Notes: generated from the sequence alone by a model not told the origin. DNA of 64,000 nt from an uncultured archaeon (GCA_964347045.1 CAYFXC010000003.1:115722-179721), one strand, 5' to 3'; shown: positions 30,071 through 40,148, numbered from the stretch's first letter. Numbers and translations: made by a program.

Positions 30071-30146
30071 TGGCGGGCCCGCAGGGATTTGAACCCCGGA
30101 TCTACAGGTCCGAAGCCTGTCGCCGTATCCACTTGGCCACGGGCCC
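30071..30146 (-). tRNA. tRNA-Arg(TCG), intronless, CCA encoded
   Basis: Reverse complement GGGCCCG..ACAGG-CTTCGGA-CCTGT..GGGGTTCAAATCCC..CGGGCCC-GCCA folds as a 76-nt cloverleaf with anticodon TCG. Confidence 0.95.
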
Positions 30147-30283
30147 ATAATAGAACAGTCGAGTTACGATATCCCCCATTTTAACCGTTTCGTTCTTCTT
30201 TTTCATTTTTCTAAAGGAACTCGATAAAGACGAAAGAGAAAAAAAGGTTGGCTCTGCGTACTCTCAACAGGATTTAGATTACG

Positions 30284-32152
30284 GTGAAGATCGAAAACCC
30301 TTGGGCAGAATTTCAGAAACAAGTTAACGATGCCCTACGTCTTTCCAGTGGTCAAGATCTCAATCAGTACCTAGAGATACCTGCAGATCCGCAACACGGC
30401 GATTTGGCATGTACAGCTGCTTTTCATCTTACCCAGCAACGAAAAAAGAGTCCCGCAGATATTGCCAAAGAACTCGCGGTTTTTGATCCTAGCCGGTTTC
30501 CTCTTATTGAACAGGTCGTTGCCCATGGTCCCTATGTAAATTTCTACATTAGCATCATTCCATATCGTCGTATTGTTTTCGATTCAATTCAAGCAAGTGG
30601 CGGAACCTATGGCACTTCTTCAATGTTCGCGGGAAAACATGTGGTCGTCGAATATCCTGCCGTGAATCCTAATAACCCGCTGCATATCGGTCATGCTCGA
30701 AACGCAGTTTTAGGTGATACCACAGCGCGACTATTGAAAACCGTTGGCTATGATGTCACTCGAATGGATTATATCAATGACTTGGGGTTACAAATTGCTG
30801 TTGCTTATTGGGCTATGAAGCACTTGGATGCTTCAAAATACAAAGGAAAATATGACCAAGTCATAGGGCGCTTATATGTGGACGCTCAGGAAAAGTACGA
30901 TGAATCACAGGTACGCATGTACTTGAAACTCATGGAACAGGGAAACAACGAGGTGGCTTCGGAAGTCCGAGCGATGTCTGAAAGAGTGCTTCGAGCACAC
31001 CACAAAACCCACAAAAAACTAAATGTGATGCATGACCTCTTAGTCTGGGAAAGTGATATTGCACATTCGGGTCTTTTTTCTGAAGCGCTCGAAAAAATAC
31101 TCGAGTCACCAACCACATCACGACCAACCAAAGGTGAGAAAGCTGGTTGTGTGATCGTTGACCTTAGCGCTTACGATGAATTCCGGCGTTTAAAGGATAC
31201 TGATAAGGTGCTAGTTCGTTCTGATGGAGTTGCAACATACACTGGGAAAGATATTGCGTTCCACTTCTGGAAATTTGGCATTATTAAAGATCCATTCAAA
31301 TATAAGCCGTTTAAAAGCCCTAAATCTGAAGAAAACGAAATTTGGACAACTACTCAGCAAGGAGAAATGGGGCGCTATCAACCCGCAGATATTATTTACA
31401 ACGTCATTGGAATGCCCCAAAGTCAGGAACAACGCACAGTCTATCTGACATTACAAACTTTGGGCTATGAGAAGGCATCAAGGAACTACTATCATCTAGC
31501 TTATGAATTCGTCAATCTCCCTGAAGCTAGATTTTCTGGAAGAAAGGGAACTTGGATTGGGTTCAGCACTGATGATATTAACCGCGAAGCCACACGGCGT
31601 GCTCGCAAAGAAGTAAAAAAACGAAATCCCGGAGCTGATTCTCGGTTCCTTCGAGAAGTATCAGAATCTATCGGATCAGCCGCAATCAGATACTCCCTTC
31701 TCAAGGTTGCTGTGGAAAAACAAATTGTATTCAAGTGGGAGGATATGCTGAACTTTGATGGCAACGCAGCTCCTTATCTTATGTATACCCATGCTCGCGC
31801 CTCTTCAATCCTCAGAAAAGAAAACCCGCCGACTACTGCTCGGTTGAGCGAATTAACTAGCCCCTTTGAAGCTGAGCTCATAAAGCTCCTAGGTCGTTTT
31901 CCCGCTGTTCTCATTGAAATTGTCCAAGGTATAAAACGAGAAATCTGGGGCACCCGAATTGAACTTTTCCACCTCGCGGAGTACACTCACGCTCTTTGTG
32001 TTGCCTTCAATTCCTTCTATAATCACTGCCCGGTCATCAAAGCCGAAACGACTGCATTAAAAATGGCTCGGCTTCTTCTCGTCGATCGTTGTCGTCAAGT
32101 CCTTTCCAACGCGCTTGACTTGTTAGGAATTACATCTCTTGAACGCATATAG
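30284..32152 (+). CDS. argS: Arginine--tRNA ligase
   Basis: NPNNPLHIGHARN, YINDLG, RSDG..Y..KD, FSGRKG and PYLMYTHAR motifs. Confidence 0.97.
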   Translation: MKIENPWAEFQKQVNDALRLSSGQDLNQYLEIPADPQHGDLACTAAFHLTQQRKKSPADIAKELAVFDPSRFPLIEQVVAHGPYVNFYISIIPYRRIVFDSIQASGGTYGTSSMFAGKHVVVEYPAVNPNNPLHIGHARNAVLGDTTARLLKTVGYDVTRMDYINDLGLQIAVAYWAMKHLDASKYKGKYDQVIGRLYVDAQEKYDESQVRMYLKLMEQGNNEVASEVRAMSERVLRAHHKTHKKLNVMHDLLVWESDIAHSGLFSEALEKILESPTTSRPTKGEKAGCVIVDLSAYDEFRRLKDTDKVLVRSDGVATYTGKDIAFHFWKFGIIKDPFKYKPFKSPKSEENEIWTTTQQGEMGRYQPADIIYNVIGMPQSQEQRTVYLTLQTLGYEKASRNYYHLAYEFVNLPEARFSGRKGTWIGFSTDDINREATRRARKEVKKRNPGADSRFLREVSESIGSAAIRYSLLKVAVEKQIVFKWEDMLNFDGNAAPYLMYTHARASSILRKENPPTTARLSELTSPFEAELIKLLGRFPAVLIEIVQGIKREIWGTRIELFHLAEYTHALCVAFNSFYNHCPVIKAETTALKMARLLLVDRCRQVLSNALDLLGITSLERI

Positions 32153-32266
32153 GTTTTATTACAAGCCCGTAAATAGTCTTATATGACAAGAATTAAATAT
32201 TAATTAATGTACTAATATTCTCACAAAACGAGAATTTAAGCCTCGTTTTAATGTAGGCGAATTCTT

Positions 32267-33199
32267 TTGAAAATAATATATCGTCATTGGGAGCCCGGTC
32301 AAGGGCTAGAAGATATTCAAGCAAAAATCTATACAGAAGCTTCTGGACTTCCAGTACGAGCTGAACAAATTCGGGCTCGAAATATGAGTCGCGATCCAAA
32401 AATGACTCGCTATGCATTAACTGAGGAAGGGGACCCTCTAGCGTATATCACCTCGCGGGATTCAACCTCTGAACGGGGAAGAACGTATATCGGATATCCG
32501 TGGACTTTACCTGATGCTCCCGGTGAGGTTCAAGCGAAGTTATTTGAAGAACAATACGCATTCTTAAAAAAACGAAAAGAAACGGAGGAAATCGCCACAA
32601 CGGTTGTCCTCTCCGCAAAGATTGCAGAAAAACAACTTGCCTTTTGGAAAGAAAAAGGATTTGTTGAGGACGAAAGACTGTATCGTTATTTTCTTGATTT
32701 TGACATCAAAGAAATCAGCAAATGGAAATTGGAGGCAAAACTCAAAGAGTTATCGAGTCGCATGGCCACATCAAAGGATCTCGAATACTTATATGAAATT
32801 TCGCGAGTCGATCCGACCCTTGCTAGAGAGCTTCAAACCGAAGAAGCGCGGGAGAGTTATTTTAAAGATCGTGTTCTGAAAGATGGTCATGCGGTTCTTC
32901 TCTTTGATGAGGGTAAAGTGATTGCCGCCAGCGCCCCGCTCCGAATTGAACCAGACCAACTTTTGATTGTCGGAGAAGAAGCCCGTGTCATTATGCGTTT
33001 TACAGCTATCCGACCTGGCTATCAGCATGCATGGAAACGACTAGTATATGAAATTGCCAAAGAAATCAAAGCAGCCGGATGGAGCGACACGCCGTTACGG
33101 ACTAGCTTCTTTTTTTCAACAAAGGCCCCAATTGCAATTAACTTTGCAGAAATGCGTCCAGAACTTGAAATGTTTGAAATCATACTCAAGGAACATTAA
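32267..33199 (+). CDS. Hypothetical protein, possibly tandem GNAT-like fold
   Basis: Long ORF; FWKEKGF and SRMATSKDLEYLYEI resemble GNAT elements. Confidence 0.55.
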   Translation: MKIIYRHWEPGQGLEDIQAKIYTEASGLPVRAEQIRARNMSRDPKMTRYALTEEGDPLAYITSRDSTSERGRTYIGYPWTLPDAPGEVQAKLFEEQYAFLKKRKETEEIATTVVLSAKIAEKQLAFWKEKGFVEDERLYRYFLDFDIKEISKWKLEAKLKELSSRMATSKDLEYLYEISRVDPTLARELQTEEARESYFKDRVLKDGHAVLLFDEGKVIAASAPLRIEPDQLLIVGEEARVIMRFTAIRPGYQHAWKRLVYEIAKEIKAAGWSDTPLRTSFFFSTKAPIAINFAEMRPELEMFEIILKEH

Positions 33200-33228
33200 T
33201 CACAAAGAGATCAGAATGGTTTGCTACA

Positions 33229-34086
33229 ATGAAGCCAACTGTTGCAATAGTGGATACTGATTCATTCCCTCAAGCCGTTGAAATCATCGGGGGGTTAAAT
33301 AGCCTTAATTCTCCAGATCGACAAGTAATCATCAAAGTTGGAATCTACAATCCTGAAACGGGTATTTGCACGAAGGTGAAGACCCTAAAATCCATCATCA
33401 CGGCATTTGATAAATCCAAAAAAATTCTAATCGCTGAATCAGATAGCGGTGCTGGTCCTGGATTAAAACGACTAGAAGTTTGGAACGATTGCTACAATGA
33501 AAAAGCAACTCCTTTCAATCTATCTGAGGATCAAAACACTCAACAGGTCAAAGTAGCAGGAGAAACGGTTCCATTTTCTCAAACCCTTCTTGAACCCAAG
33601 ACGTTCGTTAGCACCCATGTACCCCGACGATATGAAAAAGCTGGACTCGAGGATCTGATGAATATGGGATTTGTGATCAAGAATCTGCTCGGATTAATTC
33701 TTGATACAAAAAAACATCGTTTTCATGATCACCTAACTACTGCTCTTCTCGATATGTATGAAGCCATCGGTGGCATTGACTTGGCAGTCTTAGATGCGAC
33801 ACACGCTTTTCTTGGATGGAAGAAGAAACGAGTCATCATTTCACCTGAATTGCTCATCGTTGGGAGGGATGCGTTTGCTGTCGAAGCTGTGGGTATGCAC
33901 TTAATGGGGTTTAATCCTATCGAAATGTCTGTCCTTCAAGAAGCCAAAGAACGAAGGCTAGGCGAAATCCGTATTGATCAAATCAACATTGAAGGCGAGA
34001 TCGATGGTCCCAGACAGATGATTAGAACCGCATTTGCTAATATGGTTCCAAGGCGGTTTCAAAAAGAATACGGATTGGAGAAATAA
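33229..34086 (+). CDS. DUF362 domain protein
   Basis: VIIK, IAESD, IKNLLGLI, DLAVLDA and GRDAFAVEA...MGFNP pattern. Confidence 0.8.
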   Translation: MKPTVAIVDTDSFPQAVEIIGGLNSLNSPDRQVIIKVGIYNPETGICTKVKTLKSIITAFDKSKKILIAESDSGAGPGLKRLEVWNDCYNEKATPFNLSEDQNTQQVKVAGETVPFSQTLLEPKTFVSTHVPRRYEKAGLEDLMNMGFVIKNLLGLILDTKKHRFHDHLTTALLDMYEAIGGIDLAVLDATHAFLGWKKKRVIISPELLIVGRDAFAVEAVGMHLMGFNPIEMSVLQEAKERRLGEIRIDQINIEGEIDGPRQMIRTAFANMVPRRFQKEYGLEK

Positions 34087-34100
34087 AGAACATCTTAATA

Positions 34101-34673
34101 CTAAGAGCCTGTCTTTAATTTCTCCGCGAAGCCTTTCTCAAGTTTCGAGAGTTTTGGAGGAATTACTATTTTTGCATATGCTTGGTTGGGATTCCGTGCA
34201 AAGAAATTTTGATGGTACTCTTCAGCTTTGTAAAAGGCATTGAATGGTTCAAGAGTCGTTACAATCGGTTTAGAAAATTTTCCGGATCTACTTAATTCTT
34301 GAATCACTTCTTCCGCAATTGCCTTTTGTTCATTATCATGATAAAAAATCACGGACCGATACTGGGTCCCAATATCATTGCCTTGCCGGTTCAATGTTGT
34401 AGGGTCGTGTGTGGCAAAGAAAATCTCCAACAATTCGCGGAAGGAAATGATAGCGTGGTCGTAGGTGATTTGAATCACCTCAACATGCCCTGTTGTTCCC
34501 GAACTCACTTGCTCATATGTGGCGGTTTCAGCGGTTCCTCCCGAATAACCTGATTCAACTTTATGAACACCTTTGAGCCGAAGAAAAATGGCTTCAGTAC
34601 ACCAAAAGCACCCGCCACCTAATGTGGCATACGCCAAACCCTTGACATCTCGATCTGTTAACACATCGTTCAT
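34101..34673 (-). CDS. msrA: Peptide-methionine (S)-S-oxide reductase
   Basis: [34 protein letters not shown] and AEEYHQ motifs. Confidence 0.97.
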   Translation of the reverse strand: MNDVLTDRDVKGLAYATLGGGCFWCTEAIFLRLKGVHKVESGYSGGTAETATYEQVSSGTTGHVEVIQITYDHAIISFRELLEIFFATHDPTTLNRQGNDIGTQYRSVIFYHDNEQKAIAEEVIQELSRSGKFSKPIVTTLEPFNAFYKAEEYHQNFFARNPNQAYAKIVIPPKLSKLEKGFAEKLKTGS

Positions 34674-34807
34674 AGCTTAATTATTTTCACTCATACTTCA
34701 AAAACCCAATGAATTATCGAGAGCAACTTAGACGATCATTAACGAGTCTAAACACTTTAAAGCCGCGTACGCAATTCTCGCATGACGATCCATGCTGAGG
34801 AATCGCC

Positions 34808-35746
34808 ATGTCTCCTGCTATTCCCTATTTCAACACGGAACTAGCCAAAGATTATGTTACCAATTACGAAATCCCCGAGATCAATAAGTTCGTCAATTTA
34901 CTTTTTCTCAGGGATATCGAAGAAATTCCTATTTTCGATTCTTTCTTTCTACAAGAACAGGAAAAACTTCTACCATCTCTCACCAAGAATATGAGTTTAT
35001 GGATTGAAAAAAATCGCAAACGTACTTTCCTCAGTTTTCAAGAAGTAATGTCTTTTTTTGGATATTTAGGGCTAAACGGAACACAAATTCCCGAACTAGT
35101 CGACGCGGTCGATCATGTCTTTCGTTCATATAAACGCGTCGGTGGTGCCTTTATTGCGTCGAGCGGCAAAATCAACAAATGTGGTAATACTGCCTTTCTT
35201 CGTGCTGTTTTAGCTCTAGGATTTGCAGACGATCCCCGCGTAGAACAAGCCTGTATGGAGTATTTGGAATTTATAAGGGGTCGTGAAGGGGAATGTCATG
35301 TCCGCACCGATGGGAATCCTTGTGGTTACGTTATGGTTCGTACACTCCGCTGGCTTAATGAATTCCCTTTAGAATGGCGTGGGAAGAATTATCGGGCTTC
35401 CGTGAAAAATATCCAAGATTATCTACTTGCCTACGATCTCTCATCAGCTGATTACCCTCGCCGGAAACCTGAGCCAAATAAAAATTGGTTTAAATTTGGC
35501 TATTTCCGTTCCTATCAAAGCAGCATCTTCGAAGCGGCCGAAGCCTTAGTTCAAAGTGGCGTCACTAAACATCCCGTTCTTACAAGAACTCTTGATGTTA
35601 TCGGTTCTAACTGCATTAATGGGATTACTTGGAAACCTCAATATATTCGGAAGCACTGGCCAATAAACATCCTTCCACCACAACGAGGAAAAAATATAGG
35701 GAGCCCTTGGATTTCTCTCCGAGGATTACGAATCACCAAAGTGTAG
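34808..35746 (+). CDS. Hypothetical protein (prenyltransferase/terpene-cyclase-like helical family)
   Basis: LGFADDPRV, WFKFGY..SY and SPWISLR patterns, recalled from alpha-alpha toroid hypotheticals. Confidence 0.5.
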   Translation: MSPAIPYFNTELAKDYVTNYEIPEINKFVNLLFLRDIEEIPIFDSFFLQEQEKLLPSLTKNMSLWIEKNRKRTFLSFQEVMSFFGYLGLNGTQIPELVDAVDHVFRSYKRVGGAFIASSGKINKCGNTAFLRAVLALGFADDPRVEQACMEYLEFIRGREGECHVRTDGNPCGYVMVRTLRWLNEFPLEWRGKNYRASVKNIQDYLLAYDLSSADYPRRKPEPNKNWFKFGYFRSYQSSIFEAAEALVQSGVTKHPVLTRTLDVIGSNCINGITWKPQYIRKHWPINILPPQRGKNIGSPWISLRGLRITKV

Positions 35747-35748
35747 GA

Positions 35749-37065
35749 TTATTTTGGGAATTTTTTAAACACGTCATCAAGAGTGGGTTTTCCAATTTCC
35801 TGGAGCTCATAACGCACTCGAACTGAAGGCTTGTTTATTTTGACGACATTCCCTAAATCAATAGGAGTTCCAATAACAACAACTTCCGCATCTGCAGCAT
35901 CAATGGTCTTTTCGAGTTCCTTGACCTGCTTGTCACTATATCCCATAGCCGGGAGAATTTCGCTTAAATGTGGATATTTCTCGAATGTAGTCTTTATTGA
36001 TCCAACAGCATGTGGGCGTGGGTCAATGATTTCTGCAGCTCCATATTTTTCAGCAGCTATCCATCCCGCCCCGATTTCCATTTCGCCATGTGTTAGTGTT
36101 GGCCCATCTTCGATGACAAGCACTCGTTTTCCGCGAATTGCTGCAGGGTCGTCAACAAATAGAGGTGATGCTGCATCGATAATTATCGCTCGAGGATTGA
36201 CCACGCGTGTGGTTCGTCGGACCTGTTCGATGTATTCGGGTTCTGCAGTGTCAATCTTGTTAATTATCACCACATCGGCCATTCGAAGATTCGTTTCACC
36301 TGGATGATACATGACCTCATGGCCAGCCCGATGGGGGTCGGCTATCACAATATGAATGTCAGGTACGTAGAACGGAAAATCATTATTTCCGCCATCAAAT
36401 ACAATAACATCTGCATCCTTTTCCGCTTTCTCAAGAATAATGCCATAATCCACCCCCGCGTAAACAATGGCGCCCCGGTCGATATGTGGTTCGTATTCTT
36501 CCATCTCTTCAATAGTGGTGTTATACTTCTTTAGATCTTCAAGAGTTTCGAAGCGTTGGCATACCTGCTCAGCGAGGTTACCGTAAGGCATTGGGTGCCG
36601 TATCACAACAACTTTCAATCCTTTTTTCCGAAGAATTTCGACGACACGTCGGCTGGTTTGACTTTTACCTGCTCCCGTTCTCACCGCACAAATAGCAACA
36701 ACGGGCTTTTTGCTTTTTAGCATCGTTGTATTGGGTCCCATTAATCGGAAATCAGCACCCATTGAGTGAACCCATGAGGCTAAGTGCATCACATCCAGAT
36801 GAGCTATATCACTATAAGCAAAAATTACCTGTTCTATGTCGTGCTCTTTTACCAGAGCAGGTAGAATATCTTCAGGGTAAATTGGGATGCCCCTAGGATA
36901 GAGCTTTCCCGCAAGGATCGGTGGATAGATCCTTTCTTCAATTCCAGGAATTTGAGTTGCGGTAAAGGCAACGACCTCATATGCTTCATTGTCTCTAAAG
37001 TAGACGTTGAAATTATGGAAGTCCCGCCCCGCGGCACCCATGATGATTACACGCGTTCTTTCCAT
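35749..37065 (-). CDS. COG2403 P-loop protein (cyclic 2,3-diphosphoglycerate synthetase family; arginine synthetase ArcE-like)
   Basis: IMGAAGRDFHNFN, AVRTGAGKSQ, RHPMPYG, EEYEPH, DGGNND, EDGPTLTHG and LPAMGY motifs. Confidence 0.85.
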   Translation of the reverse strand: MERTRVIIMGAAGRDFHNFNVYFRDNEAYEVVAFTATQIPGIEERIYPPILAGKLYPRGIPIYPEDILPALVKEHDIEQVIFAYSDIAHLDVMHLASWVHSMGADFRLMGPNTTMLKSKKPVVAICAVRTGAGKSQTSRRVVEILRKKGLKVVVIRHPMPYGNLAEQVCQRFETLEDLKKYNTTIEEMEEYEPHIDRGAIVYAGVDYGIILEKAEKDADVIVFDGGNNDFPFYVPDIHIVIADPHRAGHEVMYHPGETNLRMADVVIINKIDTAEPEYIEQVRRTTRVVNPRAIIIDAASPLFVDDPAAIRGKRVLVIEDGPTLTHGEMEIGAGWIAAEKYGAAEIIDPRPHAVGSIKTTFEKYPHLSEILPAMGYSDKQVKELEKTIDAADAEVVVIGTPIDLGNVVKINKPSVRVRYELQEIGKPTLDDVFKKFPK

Positions 37066-37348
37066 AATCAATCACAACCAGTATTGGGCACGGTAGCATA
37101 TCTCAGTAAAAGCCTTGTGTTTCATCAGTAAGCGCCTAATATCTACCCGTATTAGTCACTTGCGAGCTACTTAACACACAACACCAAGAAGAAACTGTAC
37201 TACTAACAGTTAAAAGGCTCCATTCATCATCACCAAGATAATGGGGGTATTTCCATGCGGGGAAAAAGTATCCTCCTATTTGGTGTAAGGCTCATCAAAT
37301 TCCTCATTGCTCCTTTCCTTAAAAGGTAGAGATGAGATGATTCCAACA

Positions 37349-37410
37349 CACCTGGTATGAAGTTGTTTTTTCCGTGGACGGGCTTCATCCAGGTGAATTC
37401 TCTTTTTTTT
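37349..37410. terminator. Stem-loop followed by T-tract
   Basis: CACCTGG(T)ATGAAG pairs with CTTCATCCAGGTG, followed by TTCTCTTTTTTTTT. Confidence 0.5.
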
Positions 37411-37834
37411 ATGGTGCAGGTCGAGCCATGTAACGAGCAACTATCGATAAAACAGCTCCAAGTATGGCTGGTGAATTGAATAGGATAACTGGCCAGACAA
37501 CTGGTGAAATGCCTGTAAGAATGAATCCTATGAAAAGGACAATGAGACTAAAGATGCCCATACCTGCGCCGAGACCAACAATGAATCGTCCAGTTCCTAT
37601 ACGGTTGACAAGGAATAGTGTAGACCCAAAGATAACGGCGACGCCACCAAATGCGGCAATCCAATTAAGAACAGAGAGCAAAAGGTCTACAAAATATGCA
37701 ACTTCAGGTGGCAAACCAAGAAATGCAATGACTAACGGTAAGTACGCCCATAAGCCAATTCCGCCCACGGCGCTTGCAGAAATCATTAGAAGGCCACCCA
37801 CAAAACCAATGATGAAAGAGAATTTGTTTTCCAT
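37409..37834 (-). CDS. Small integral membrane protein
   Basis: 141 aa, about 4 Gly-rich TM helices, GAGG RBS. Confidence 0.75.
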   Translation of the reverse strand: MENKFSFIIGFVGGLLMISASAVGGIGLWAYLPLVIAFLGLPPEVAYFVDLLLSVLNWIAAFGGVAVIFGSTLFLVNRIGTGRFIVGLGAGMGIFSLIVLFIGFILTGISPVVWPVILFNSPAILGAVLSIVARYMARPAP

Positions 37835-37998
37835 TTGGTAGATTCCTCTAGAAAGTAAAGCTCGAAGTGAGAATTTAAAATCATTGGCAAGCTAGATTTT
37901 AGTAGAAAAAAATGATTGTATTGCTTGTTCTTTGATGATAGAGACAAACTTTTATAACTCCACACTGTGAACGTGCTTCTACCAGAGGTCGAATTGTA

Positions 37999-38709
37999 AT
38001 GATGGAAAGAAGTCTAGCCTATGATCGTGCTATTACCATTTTCAGCCCGGAAGGGCGGTTGTACCAAGTAGAGTATGCGCTAGAAGCAGTTCGTCGAGGA
38101 AAGACCGCAATCGGTGTGAAAGCTACAAATGGAGCAGTGATTGGCGTTCACAAAGAAGCTACCTCCCCTCTGATGGATTTGGAGCAAATCCAAAAGATCT
38201 ACGTAGTGGACAAGCACATCGGGTGTGCAATTGCCGGACTCCACGCGGATGCTCGAGTACTCGTTGATTTTGCCCGGGTACAAAGCCAGATTAACCAAAT
38301 TACATATGGTGAGGCCATTGATGTTGAGGTGTTAACAAAAAAGGTCTGTGACTTGAAGCAGAATTACACCCAGGTTGGTGGCATTCGTCCCTTTGGTGTT
38401 TCCTTGTTAATTGCTGGTGTAGACTCTCAAGGTCCGCAGATTTTCACTACTGATCCATCTGGGTCTTATTGGAGTTGGCGTGCAACTGCCATTGGTTACA
38501 ACTCGGAAGCTGCCCGGGAGTACTTAGCGAAACACTATAAACCTTCAATCAAACTGATGCCTGCGGCTGTTAAACTCTGTATTGATACGCTACGCCAAGT
38601 GGTTGAAGAGAAGCTCGATGAAGAGGCTATGGAAATCTCGATTGTAGACATGGAAAAGCGGGTCTTTACACCACTCACCAATGAAGAAATTCGCGATATT
38701 CTCGCCTAA
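37999..38709 (+). CDS. psmA: Proteasome alpha subunit
   Basis: YDRAITIFSPEGRLYQVEYA, RPFGVSLL and TDPSG motifs. Confidence 0.97.
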   Translation: MMERSLAYDRAITIFSPEGRLYQVEYALEAVRRGKTAIGVKATNGAVIGVHKEATSPLMDLEQIQKIYVVDKHIGCAIAGLHADARVLVDFARVQSQINQITYGEAIDVEVLTKKVCDLKQNYTQVGGIRPFGVSLLIAGVDSQGPQIFTTDPSGSYWSWRATAIGYNSEAAREYLAKHYKPSIKLMPAAVKLCIDTLRQVVEEKLDEEAMEISIVDMEKRVFTPLTNEEIRDILA

Positions 38710-38757
38710 GCTAAGTAAGCGATATCAATTGATGGGCGAAACATATCTAAGTCGATA

Positions 38758-39315
38758 TTAGTCTTCGAAATCCCAGTCCTCTTCGTCATCTTGTGTCTTG
38801 CCTTTCTTTTTCTTGCCTTTCATCATTTGGATTTGACTTTCTAGGGGTCGATCAATCCGAAGCACATTATCTGCGGCGTTTTGCACAGCTACGCTAAAAC
38901 CTGGGTCAAAGCCGATGGCTAGGGTTTCAAGGCCATGTTCTCTGGCCCGTCGAAGAATGGGTGCTGTTCTGGCGTGGCGACTAAAAACAACTAGGAGCTT
39001 AGTGGCGTCACCCAAAATGAGATCCATCGATTCGATTGTCATCTGCAAATGAACATCAGATGTGGTTACAACGGGAGTAAATCCACTATTAGAGATAGCT
39101 TCCAATAATTTGGAGCTTGCCCGTTCGTTTAAGTAGACTTTTGCAACGCCAATTTTACCCAATTGTTCAATTTGGTTTTTCAAATCATCTAAACGAATAT
39201 CAAATTCGCGTCGAAGCACATTTGGACCATCAATAAGTAATGCAACTCTGCCTGAACGGCGCAATCTGGTTATTAGGCGTACTAGGCTTCTTATTCGTCC
39301 TGTACGGGATGACAT
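38758..39315 (-). CDS. NYN-domain protein (TIGR00288-like) with degenerate active site
   Basis: LLIDGPN, SKLLEAISNSGF and PGFSVAVQNAAD motifs. Confidence 0.8.
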   Translation of the reverse strand: MSSRTGRIRSLVRLITRLRRSGRVALLIDGPNVLRREFDIRLDDLKNQIEQLGKIGVAKVYLNERASSKLLEAISNSGFTPVVTTSDVHLQMTIESMDLILGDATKLLVVFSRHARTAPILRRAREHGLETLAIGFDPGFSVAVQNAADNVLRIDRPLESQIQMMKGKKKKGKTQDDEEDWDFED

Positions 39316-39467
39316 AGATATTCAAACTCGTCTGAGCTGATATAGCTTTTAAAGGGAGGAATGATTGCTCTTTCCTCAATTTCCTGTGCTATGCCTTAAT
39401 TCTTTTGTTTTAATACGGAAAGTTTAACTGCTTGTCTTTGATGTAAAGCAGAACGGGGAAAGTTGTC

Positions 39468-40148
39468 ATGAAACAAGTAATCGAGCAAGAAAAAGCATGG
39501 GAAATGATCCGGGGCGCGAAAAGTGCCGGTGGTCAAATCGTTTCAGCCACAATCCATGTTCGTATATCAGAAAGTAGTAATCAATCGGATTTTAATAAAA
39601 CCGTAAGCGCCATTCTAGATGATGGATTTTCACAGCCACGTGGACGCGCTGTAATAGTCTGGGGAGAACAAGCCGCAGAAATAAGGGATCTTGCTAATTT
39701 GTGGTTATATTATGGGGTTGTAGAATCTTCAGAAATCCTATCAACCTGTCGGAATTTAGCTGGTAAAGCGGGATTTGGTGAAACTGGAAAGCTTCGGCTA
39801 ACTTGTGTATTAGAGTTTTCTGAACGGAATCGTGTTGTAACGCTTCATGATCTAACTTATCCTGCACGTGGTGGTGAAGCAGTAGCAGATACTGTTGCTC
39901 TTCGCCCGTTCAAAGCTACTAATGATAAGGGTGAATACACTTTTCGAACGGTTCCTGAACTAAAAGAATTTCTCACTAAAGTCAAGGACGCAGAGACGCA
40001 TAAATTTGATGATAAAACTGGAAAATGGGTCCGTTGGGTTGAAGTCGAACAAACTGAAGATAAACTGGTCGTAAATATACCAAGTCAAAAGGGATCACGG
40101 AAGTTACAAATCGATCTAGAAACTGGGAAAGTTGAAGAAAAGAAATAA
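39468..40148 (+). CDS. Hypothetical soluble protein
   Basis: 226-aa ORF with GGGG RBS; fills the gap between genes. Confidence 0.75.
   Translation: MKQVIEQEKAWEMIRGAKSAGGQIVSATIHVRISESSNQSDFNKTVSAILDDGFSQPRGRAVIVWGEQAAEIRDLANLWLYYGVVESSEILSTCRNLAGKAGFGETGKLRLTCVLEFSERNRVVTLHDLTYPARGGEAVADTVALRPFKATNDKGEYTFRTVPELKEFLTKVKDAETHKFDDKTGKWVRWVEVEQTEDKLVVNIPSQKGSRKLQIDLETGKVEEKK

Noticed and set aside
30071-30146. tRNA as an integration site for a mobile element
   Set aside because: No integrase or duplicated tRNA 3' end was seen; the flanks are housekeeping genes.
37349-37395. SECIS element
   Set aside because: ATGA is Watson-Crick paired with no opposing GA quartet, and no neighbouring gene has a plausible Sec TGA.
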